Below, in pieces: positions 1 through 6,721 of a stretch of DNA of 32,000 bases. The position numbers were made by a program, and so were the translations under genes. The notes under the pieces were generated by a model, which saw nothing but the letters and a program-made list of their open reading frames with translations, had not been told where the DNA came from and searched no databases. The stretch covers positions 840,001 through 872,000 of the forward strand of contig JAIUPJ010000001.1 of NCBI GenBank assembly GCA_020160975.1. The letters are read 5' to 3'. Origin of the DNA: Candidatus Saccharimonadota bacterium. GTDB lineage: Bacteria; Patescibacteriota; Saccharimonadia; Saccharimonadales; Saccharimonadaceae. Position 1 is the stretch's first letter; the number at the start of each line of letters is the position of its first letter.

Positions 1-380
1 TCAAAGATATTGTTGTACCGCTGCGCAAGCTAGTGCTAGTCGATAAGACAGCGCTGCTCTCGGATATCGAGGATGCTTCACGCGCGACAAACTTTTCTCG
101 GTTTCCTGTTTCGGGAGAGTCGGGCGAGTTGCTCGGGTATGTCCATATCAAAGACATTCTGATGGATAGCACTGTGTCAAATCAAAAACCATTACCTATA
201 CGAGATATCAGGCCACTTGGGTTGGTCAAAGAATCAATCACGTTGATGCAAGCATTGAGCGAGATGAGAAAGAGCGAGAGCCACATGTTGCAGGTGACGA
301 GAAATAGCAAGACGATTGGTGTCATCATGCTCGAAGATGTGCTCGAAGAGTTGGTCGGTCCGATCACTCGTTCACTCTAG
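1..380 (+). CDS. CBS-domain pair protein, C-terminal part (5' end lies outside the window)
   Basis: The frame is open from nt 3 with no upstream stop (KDIVVPLRKLVLVDK...) and ends at TAG 378-380. SRFPVSGESGELLGYVHIKDIL and IGVIMLEDVLEELVG match the tandem CBS pattern of DUF21/CorC-HlyC type proteins. Confidence 0.7.
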   Translation, partial: KDIVVPLRKLVLVDKTALLSDIEDASRATNFSRFPVSGESGELLGYVHIKDILMDSTVSNQKPLPIRDIRPLGLVKESITLMQALSEMRKSESHMLQVTRNSKTIGVIMLEDVLEELVGPITRSL

Positions 381-463
381 GCGGCACACTACATCGACCG
401 GGCACACCTCGCCTTATGCATCTTGAAATTCACTTACAAATCCGCTATACTTCTTGAGTGTAT

Positions 464-539
464 GCGGGTATAGCTCAGTTGTTAGAGCGCGTCCTTGCCA
501 AGGACGAGGCCAGGGGTTAGAGTCCCCTTACCCGCACCA
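464..539 (+). tRNA. tRNA-Gly (anticodon GCC), CCA encoded
   Basis: The cloverleaf folds by eye. Acceptor GCGGGTA/TACCCGC, D stem GCTC/GAGC, anticodon stem CGTCC/GGACG with loop TTGCCAA, T stem AGGGG/CCCCT, A73, CCA; 76 nt. Confidence 0.93.
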
Positions 540-2076
540 AAATCGGACTTTCGAGGAAATTGTCGCCCGTTTGGGCGATTTTTTCTTTGGCCAAAGCGAA
601 GCGAGGCCAGATGTTTCCAGAGGGAGAAAAAGAAATTGCTGGCGCGCGCAGGCGCGCTTTTTTGTTTTCTAAAACGAGGTTAGAGCCAAAGATTTCGAGG
701 CAAAGCGACTTTTTGGCAAGTAAGTCGGTGCTTTTTGTTATCTCACAGATAGAAACGGCAGTTTCTATCCACTTTTTCAGCGGTTCGAGCCAAAGATTTT
801 GACCAAGCGTTAGCTTGGATAGTGTTTCTTCAAAACTCTTCTTTTGGCTCATAATCTCCGTCTTTTTGTCGGTGTATATTTCTCGATCAATGTCTTGGTC
901 GAGATAACTATCGAGTAAGCGTTGGAGCTTTGCGGTTAGTTGCGCGATGTTTGTCTGTAAATCTGACGTTTTCGATTGGTTTCGGCTTTGTTCATTGGCT
1001 TGGTCGGTTTCCATAAGCTCGCGCAACTTGTTCGCCCATGCCTTCGGCATGGCGTACTCTCGCAGTAGTTCGGTCAGTTGTGCGTCTAGCAACTCCTCGC
1101 GGATGTGTGGTTCAGGACAACGCGGAGTGTTCTTGCACTTTTTCGTGCAGTGGTAGTAGGTGTAGTGGTGAACATTACCATTTTTCTGCCGTTTAGTTTG
1201 GCTCTCGCCAGTAACCATCATGTTGCACGACCCGCAGCGGAGTAATCCGCAGAGTGGTTTTGGCTCGTTGGTTTTACTGACGCGCTTATGTCGACGTTTT
1301 TCAAACACCGCTTGCACCGTGTCAAAGAGTTTCTTTGACACAATTGGAGTGTGTTTACCCTCAAATACCTCGCCAGCGTAGCGAAAATGCCCGTAATAAA
1401 ACGGATTCGTGAGCATTTTGGCTACCTGGTCTTTTTTGAGTGGTTTGTTGCCTTTGGTTTTTATACCTTTACTGGCGAAAAAGTCGGCGATATCTTGTAG
1501 TCGCTGGTCGCCTCGCGCGTACAACTCAAACGCTTCAACGACAAGCGGAGCTTGTTGCTTGTCCACGATGACCGTCTTGGTGCGAACATCATTTATGTAG
1601 CCAAGCGGGGCACGACCAGGCATTTCGCCTCGCCGGACTTTTTGGCGCAAGCCCCGTTTGGTGTTTTCGGACAAATTGTCTACATAATATTTGCTCTGCC
1701 CAAACGCGATAGACAGCATGAACTTACCTTGCGATGTGTTCTCAAACCAAAAAGTCGGGAACTTCAGATTTGCGAGATGGGTTTGGTCGAGCAAATAGAC
1801 GATTTGTCCGCCGTCTATACTGTTTCGTGCCAGTCGGTCTGGATGCCACGCGATGATGCCATTGGCTTCGCCACGTTCAATTCGCTTTAGTAACTCGGCA
1901 AAGATAGGGCGACCAGGAGTTTTGGCGGATTTCTTCTCAATAAGTTCATCGACAATTTGCAAGTTTTCGTTTCGCGCATAAGCGCGAAGCTCGACTAACT
2001 GCGCCTCAATAGACAGGACTTGTTTGTCCTCTACGTCTGTACTTTTGCGCGTGTATAAGATATATTTTTCGTTCAT
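517..2076 (-). CDS. Large serine recombinase (integrase)
   Basis: 520 aa from ATG 2076, preceded by GGAGGTGAAA; the longer ORF to 2160 has no RBS. It has a resolvase-type catalytic N-terminus (YILYTRKSTDVEDKQ, WHPDRLARN), a Cys-rich zinc ribbon (CGLLRCGSC...YYHCTKKC) and a coiled-coil tail. The 3' end runs through IR1 and 23 nt into the antisense of tRNA-Gly. Confidence 0.9.
   Translation of the reverse strand: MNEKYILYTRKSTDVEDKQVLSIEAQLVELRAYARNENLQIVDELIEKKSAKTPGRPIFAELLKRIERGEANGIIAWHPDRLARNSIDGGQIVYLLDQTHLANLKFPTFWFENTSQGKFMLSIAFGQSKYYVDNLSENTKRGLRQKVRRGEMPGRAPLGYINDVRTKTVIVDKQQAPLVVEAFELYARGDQRLQDIADFFASKGIKTKGNKPLKKDQVAKMLTNPFYYGHFRYAGEVFEGKHTPIVSKKLFDTVQAVFEKRRHKRVSKTNEPKPLCGLLRCGSCNMMVTGESQTKRQKNGNVHHYTYYHCTKKCKNTPRCPEPHIREELLDAQLTELLREYAMPKAWANKLRELMETDQANEQSRNQSKTSDLQTNIAQLTAKLQRLLDSYLDQDIDREIYTDKKTEIMSQKKSFEETLSKLTLGQNLWLEPLKKWIETAVSICEITKSTDLLAKKSLCLEIFGSNLVLENKKARLRAPAISFSPSGNIWPRFALAKEKIAQTGDNFLESPILVRVRGL
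535..664. repeat. IR1 left copy (arm Y, starts with the CACCAA core)
   Basis: Reverse complement of 2219-2348, 129/130 identical (mismatch at 651 vs 2232), compared base by base. Confidence 0.95.
563..585 (+). terminator. Rho-independent terminator-like hairpin 3' of tRNA-Gly
   Basis: TCGCCC-GTTT-GGGCGA is followed by TTTTTT. It lies inside IR1 and inside the antisense tail of the recombinase ORF. A second GC hairpin plus T-run sits at about 643-667. Confidence 0.5.
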
Positions 2077-2218
2077 TTTCACCTCCAACTTAAATAGCCG
2101 CCTCGTTGCACACAATCCGGTATAACCAAATTGTACGAGACGGCTATCTAAGCCATACAAAAAGTCATACCGATTTGATTGTGTGCATTTCTATTTTACC
2201 AAAAACCGCCCATGGCGG

Positions 2219-2348
2219 CAAAAAAGCGCGCTTGCGCGCGCCAGCAATTTCTTTTTCTCCCTCTGGAAACATCTGGCCTCGCTTCGCTTTGGCCAAAGAA
2301 AAAATCGCCCAAACGGGCGACAATTTCCTCGAAAGTCCGATTTTGGTG
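2219..2348. repeat. IR1 right copy (arm Y inverted)
   Basis: Reverse complement of 535-664. It overlaps IR2-left by the 6-bp core TTGGTG (2343-2348). Confidence 0.95.
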
Positions 2349-2493
2349 GAGTTTTACGACTTTGCTCGAACCAATTTTGAGAATTGAAGCTCAGCCCCAA
2401 CGCCCGCGCGCCCCACCAGAAAAACCCTTTAACTGATTTTTCATTTCTCCCGCCGAGATTTCTTTTTAGTTGAAAAGGGTGTTTTCTGGTGGT
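2343..2493. repeat. IR2 left copy (arm X inverted)
   Basis: Exact reverse complement of 4606-4756 (151/151), checked segment by segment. Confidence 0.95.
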
Positions 2494-2499
2494 AGTATG

Positions 2500-4470
2500 T
2501 CAGGCTGCGACGCTTTTTTTACCTGTTAGCGCAAGATGAGCGAGATTGTCTGCCGTTCGCTGCAAGAGAGCTTGCTTCTCTGCGTACTCTCGTGGATCAA
2601 CCAAATACACTGCACCTTTGTAACCATCAGAGACAATTCGAAGCATTGGTTCATTGGCTCCACTTCGTCTTAGTTCGCGCAGAACATCACCGATCTTCAT
2701 CTCAACCCCAACATCGGGGAACAAGCAAATCAAGCCTTTCTCACGGCAAAGCATTTGTGCGTGTCCGCTGTAACCGTCGTTATTTACGATAATGACAGCT
2801 CCTTCACGCGGTAGCGCGTCTTCTCCCTGATGATTACCCATTACTCCTGCAATCGTAAACTTGTTTTCACTCCAAAAAATTACAACTCCTGCATCATCAC
2901 CATTGTGGTGATACTCGTCTAGCAGCTTGAGCGTGACATCGCCAACCCCAGTTGCTCGACACCAGTCGATCGGCTCTATATGTGAAGGAAACTCAACCTG
3001 TCTCCCACTACTTTCTAAAGATTTTTTGGGTAATGGTCGAACTTGCAAGATATTGTTGCCGTAGAACTCGACCTGAACGGGTTTGCCAAAAAACTGCTCT
3101 GCTAGTAAAGCGGCATGTACTGCGCTGTGGGTATTGCGCGTCGAATGACCGCCGATGCCATCAACAGTATGATCGGGTATGCTATGTAGTATTTTTGCGG
3201 ACTCAACACTTGTGAACAGATGTTCTGTGACTTTCGTTTTATCAAATAATAACCCGCCATGCTGGGTTTCAACAACCATCAAGTTTGGATGAGAGGCTTG
3301 GCTATCAACAGTACCGATAGGCGTTTTGTCTTCCCAGTGATCGCTAAGCGAATCGCAATATTGCTGGATTACTAATCCCATTTGCTCACCGTCTATACCA
3401 TGCTGCTTCCTATATTGAACTGCACGAGGACTATTGGTAGAGGCAAACACCTTTTCTATAGCCTGTCGAAAAGCTACCGGGTCACGCGGGTCTGCCGCTA
3501 CCGAATCATACACTCCCGCTCCTGTCATATCCTCTCCGTCTTCGGAACGTACTGCGCTGCTTCGTATCGCGACTACTCGCGGTATTTCTGCGATAGGATA
3601 CCCATCCTCATCGAACTTGCTCTCATTTGTAACGAGTTTTAGTGCTGCCGCATTTAGTTCAGCTAATTGCTCCTCAAACATGGCAGTATTATGTTGCCAT
3701 AGTTCGTACAGGCTAGTGTCTACAGGTATGAAAGGTGGAATATCTATCTCCTGTTGGTAATATTTTTCACCCGCAGTATTTCTTAACAACTCAAGATGTT
3801 CGGCAAACACCATTAAGTTAGCGGCTTTAGCTCCGTACGATTGACGTAGGCCCTCAAGTCGATCCATATCACCCCGTGGAGCTTCTAGTGCTCTTTGGGT
3901 AATTTGATGACGTGCTACAACCGCACGATACCCACTTTCGATAAACTTGGTTAGTGCCTCTGGAGCTTCCGTGTCATCTGAGCCAAGACGAATAACCCTT
4001 TCTGCTTTGTAGGGGATGCTGACCTGCTCATCCCGATAGTCAATCGGCGCATAAACTGTTCTCCCCTCAGGATATAACGGACTACGCACAAACCGTAATC
4101 TCATAGAAGCTGGCCACCTATCAAAGAACGAGCGAGCCGTTTCTAGGGCACTACCTGGTGGACTAGTATCAAAGTTTTCAGCTGTATTCTCAACATCGAT
4201 GTTAAAGGCCGTACGTCTTGCGATATCTGTGGCTCGTTCTAAGCGTGAACCCTTGGATGCGTATCTTAAAGACCGAAGTGCATCATAAAGTGTCTTTTCT
4301 TCTGGCGTTCTTTCTGGCCATTTATCGTCTAGCTCTTGGTGAAGTTCATCGGGAAAGTGCCCAGCTGCATGAAAAAGAAATCTACGAAGAGCTTGCTGGT
4401 TTCCTTCAGCAACTCCAGGCCAACGCGCAGATGCTTCATCAACTGAAGCAATGGGTTTTAACTCCGACAT
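2500..4470 (-). CDS. PEP-utilising-enzyme-like protein: novel N-terminal region, PPDK_N-type ATP-grasp and C-terminal phosphohistidine swivel domain, no TIM-barrel domain
   Basis: 656 aa. YGAKAANLMVF, VVAIRSSAVRSEDGEDMTGAGVYDS and AIEKVFASTNSPRAVQYR match the PEP/pyruvate-binding ATP-grasp domain. AVIIVNNDGYSGHAQMLCREKGLICLF matches the mobile His domain. The first ~200 aa have no motif I recognise. Confidence 0.75.
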   Translation of the reverse strand: MSELKPIASVDEASARWPGVAEGNQQALRRFLFHAAGHFPDELHQELDDKWPERTPEEKTLYDALRSLRYASKGSRLERATDIARRTAFNIDVENTAENFDTSPPGSALETARSFFDRWPASMRLRFVRSPLYPEGRTVYAPIDYRDEQVSIPYKAERVIRLGSDDTEAPEALTKFIESGYRAVVARHQITQRALEAPRGDMDRLEGLRQSYGAKAANLMVFAEHLELLRNTAGEKYYQQEIDIPPFIPVDTSLYELWQHNTAMFEEQLAELNAAALKLVTNESKFDEDGYPIAEIPRVVAIRSSAVRSEDGEDMTGAGVYDSVAADPRDPVAFRQAIEKVFASTNSPRAVQYRKQHGIDGEQMGLVIQQYCDSLSDHWEDKTPIGTVDSQASHPNLMVVETQHGGLLFDKTKVTEHLFTSVESAKILHSIPDHTVDGIGGHSTRNTHSAVHAALLAEQFFGKPVQVEFYGNNILQVRPLPKKSLESSGRQVEFPSHIEPIDWCRATGVGDVTLKLLDEYHHNGDDAGVVIFWSENKFTIAGVMGNHQGEDALPREGAVIIVNNDGYSGHAQMLCREKGLICLFPDVGVEMKIGDVLRELRRSGANEPMLRIVSDGYKGAVYLVDPREYAEKQALLQRTADNLAHLALTGKKSVAA

Positions 4471-4605
4471 AATTAACTAAACATAATACAATAAAAGCTC
4501 ATCGTTCGCAATGATTTGATAAATTCGTCGCGCTGGAGCGCATAGCGCGGCGGCTTTGCCGCCTGTGCGAAGCCCCAGCGCCTCTACTGCTTATGCAGTA
4601 GTCGA

Positions 4606-4756
4606 ACCACCAGAAAACACCCTTTTCAACTAAAAAGAAATCTCGGCGGGAGAAATGAAAAATCAGTTAAAGGGTTTTTCTGGTGGGGCGCGCGGGCGTT
4701 GGGGCTGAGCTTCAATTCTCAAAATTGGTTCGAGCAAAGTCGTAAAACTCCACCAA
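4606..4756. repeat. IR2 right copy (arm X, ends in CTCCACCAA)
   Basis: Exact reverse complement of 2343-2493. Homologous, at an estimated 75-80 percent by eye, to 27256-27434 in direct orientation. Confidence 0.95.
4701..4755 (+). pseudogene. tRNA-Ala-like remnant forming the end of arm X
   Basis: GGGGCTGAGCT..GGTTCGAGC..AACTCCACCA resembles the 5' end, T-loop and 3' end of bacterial tRNA-Ala (GGGGCTATAGCT..GGTTCGATCC..AGCTCCACCA, recalled from memory). It is only 55 nt and has no anticodon arm. Confidence 0.4.
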
Positions 4757-4780
4757 GATAATTTTGAATAATTACCCCTG

Positions 4781-4808
4781 TAAAACGTCGAGTATAATCG
4801 GCGTTTTT
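4781..4808 (+). terminator. Rho-independent terminator-like hairpin just outside element 1
   Basis: AAAACGTCGA / TCGGCGTTTT forms a 10-bp stem (one G-T pair) with a 6-nt loop, followed by a T-run. Confidence 0.5.
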
Positions 4809-5105
4809 TAGTTTGACACAAAAAAGACTCTAATTTTATTTAAATTGCTATATATCAGTTAGAAGTTCAAACTCGGTGAAGCTATTGGTTAGCAGCTCAC
4901 TTATGAGAGACCAGCGAGAATATGAAGTAGCAGAAATATTGCCTTAACTAATCTTCAATTTTGTATAGACACAACTCCGACGCCTTCTCTCTGCTACTTT
5001 CCGTTGCATGTCATGTAAATAAAATTTGCTAGCGATGTTAGGATAGATACTATAAGGTGTGTTAGGGCAGAAGGATCAAGACATCAACCACACGAAAGGG
5101 TGACT

Positions 5106-5669
5106 ATGACATTTCCACAAAAACTCAAAAAAATTCGTAGCGAGCTTGGTTTTTCGCAAGAGCAACTTGCGGAAAAATTAAGAGTTTCACGCCAAGCAGT
5201 AACAAAATGGGAATCGGGCGATGGCATGCCCGACACTCTTAACATGAAAGAACTCTCAAAACTAAGCGGTCACTCACTCGATTATCTACTGGGCAATAAC
5301 GCAGCGCACCAGCCAAAGTTAGGGTTTTTCGAATCGGTGAGTTACGCGTTTAGGCACTTTTCCGACTTTGAAGGGACGACGCGTCGGAGAGTATTTGGAT
5401 GGTATGCTGTGTTTTATGTGCTTGTACTGGCGATTTGTAGTGTATTTGACTTTATCAAGTTCAGCGAAGGCATCAGCCTGTCGCATGTTCTTAGTTCTGT
5501 CTTTGTCATCGCAACTCTTGTCCCATCGCTCTCAATTGGTGTGCGACGTCTTAGAGATGCGGGAGAGAACTGGCAACAGATGCTGTGGATACTGGTGCCG
5601 TTTTTCGGCTTCTTCTACCAATGCTACTTGTGGCTGCAACCTAGCATAGGAGAAAAGCGTCAGCACTAA
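5106..5669 (+). CDS. XRE-family HTH protein fused to a DUF805-like membrane domain
   Basis: ATG 5106 follows AAAGGG; the ORF track starts at GTG 5100. The HTH is LKKIRSELGFSQEQLAEKLRVSRQAVTKWESG. The C-terminal half has TM segments and the RRLRDAGENWQQMLWILVP motif typical of DUF805. Confidence 0.8.
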   Translation: MTFPQKLKKIRSELGFSQEQLAEKLRVSRQAVTKWESGDGMPDTLNMKELSKLSGHSLDYLLGNNAAHQPKLGFFESVSYAFRHFSDFEGTTRRRVFGWYAVFYVLVLAICSVFDFIKFSEGISLSHVLSSVFVIATLVPSLSIGVRRLRDAGENWQQMLWILVPFFGFFYQCYLWLQPSIGEKRQH

Positions 5670-5917
5670 ACTTCATAAACTAAATTCTGCCCGTCTAGTT
5701 AACGAAAATACTCCACCAACCATGTCGAGGCTCGCTAAGGCCTCCATGGCTTGGCGGGTTTCGCTTTTGATGATAAGTTCAGTGGTTTAATAAATCACTG
5801 GATAATATTAAATACTCTGCAATATACATTAGCTTAAAGCAGTCTATCTTCTCTGAATCAAAAGTTAGAAATATGTCTACTATGCGGCACCAAGAAATTA
5901 TCACATCATCACCCCTG

Positions 5918-5944
5918 TAAAACGTCGATTGAATCGACGTTTTA
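5918..5944. terminator. Perfect 13-bp-arm palindrome (bidirectional terminator or protein-binding site)
   Basis: TAAAACGTCGATT-G-AATCGACGTTTTA. It is homologous to the hairpin at 4781-4808. Confidence 0.4.
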
Positions 5945-6076
5945 CTTATTAGCCCAAAATATACTCTAATTTATTTTGCCTGATGTGAACCTAACTATGG
6001 GTCGACGCAACCGCTAGTTTCTTGTTAAATAGAGCTTTTAAGGATACTATCGCTAGTGTAAATCGAAAGGAACACT

Positions 6077-6490
6077 ATGAATATAGGCCAGAGAATATAT
6101 AAAATACGACAGCAGAAAAATATCACACAGGAACAACTAGCGAAAGATTTAGCTATCTCGCGCCAGGCAGTATCCAAATGGGAAAGCGGCAAGGCTATCC
6201 CTGATATCGAGAACCTCATGTATATAAGTAGCCTGTATGATGTGTCGCTCGACGAGCTTATTAAGGGAGATAATAAGGTTGGTCAAAAGATTATTGCTGA
6301 TGCAAGTGCAAAGAAATGGCATAAGCTTAGCATTTTATTTTTTGCTACACTTCTTGTTTATATTATGTGGTTTGGTTCAGCGCATGGCATATGGCAACTC
6401 GGTCTGGGAATCGCCACTCTTAGCATGATTATTATCGACACTCGAATACTCCTACGAAATCGCGTTTCGAAGCCTCTCAAAAGACAATAG
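6077..6490 (+). CDS. XRE-family HTH protein with C-terminal transmembrane segments
   Basis: RBS AAAGGAAC lies upstream. The HTH is IYKIRQQKNITQEQLAKDLAISRQAVSKWESG. Two hydrophobic segments follow (LSILFFATLLVYIMWF, LGLGIATLSMIIID). It is a paralog of the 5106-5669 N-terminus. Confidence 0.8.
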   Translation: MNIGQRIYKIRQQKNITQEQLAKDLAISRQAVSKWESGKAIPDIENLMYISSLYDVSLDELIKGDNKVGQKIIADASAKKWHKLSILFFATLLVYIMWFGSAHGIWQLGLGIATLSMIIIDTRILLRNRVSKPLKRQ

Positions 6491-6721
6491 GCCAGAGACA
6501 ATCAAGTCTTAAGATTAGCTACGAAAAAAGCGTGTCGGATAAATTAAATTGCGATACCAGCTGATTTAGCTTATAAGTCTCGCAGTTCTCATGATTGAGG
6601 GTTAGAAATACGTCGGTTATCCGGCACCAAATCAGGACGAAATTGCAAATTCGGGCGCGAAAGTGCCTATCTTGTTTAAGGTGTCCTATGAGCTGAAGAT
6701 ACGATCCATCTGTCTTGAAGC

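Larger units (their letters stand above)
535..4756. mobile_element. Integrated serine-recombinase element 1 (attL-like tRNA|Y at 535-540, attR-like X|flank at 4751-4756)
   Basis: An intact recombinase sits next to the tRNA 3' end. A shared CACCAA core occurs at both ends and at the internal hybrid site. A second, decayed element with the same layout lies at 24695-27434. Confidence 0.6.

Noticed and set aside
2077-2160. The N-terminal extension of the recombinase ORF (28 aa), and similarly 21673-21810 for the transposase (46 aa).
   Set aside because: Conserved family N-termini begin at the internal ATGs (MNEKYILYTRKST; MEDMNLIELLDRF). The recombinase ATG has a GGAGGTG RBS, and the extensions have no homology signal.
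495-2436. Small ORFs translating the inverted repeats (495-683, 454-672, 560-802, 2106-2387, 2179-2436, 2183-2380, 2191-2400), with strikingly similar peptides.
   Set aside because: Their similarity is a direct consequence of IR1 being read in both copies. They overlap the tRNA, terminator hairpins or the recombinase tail, and have no RBS.
4757-6630. Repeated leader and remnant sequences considered as a possible CRISPR-like or integron-like array.
   Set aside because: There are only two units, each about 0.7-1.1 kb and each containing a full gene. There are no short regular repeat-spacer periodicity and no attC-like imperfect palindromes of integron type. They are reported instead as cassette-like units.
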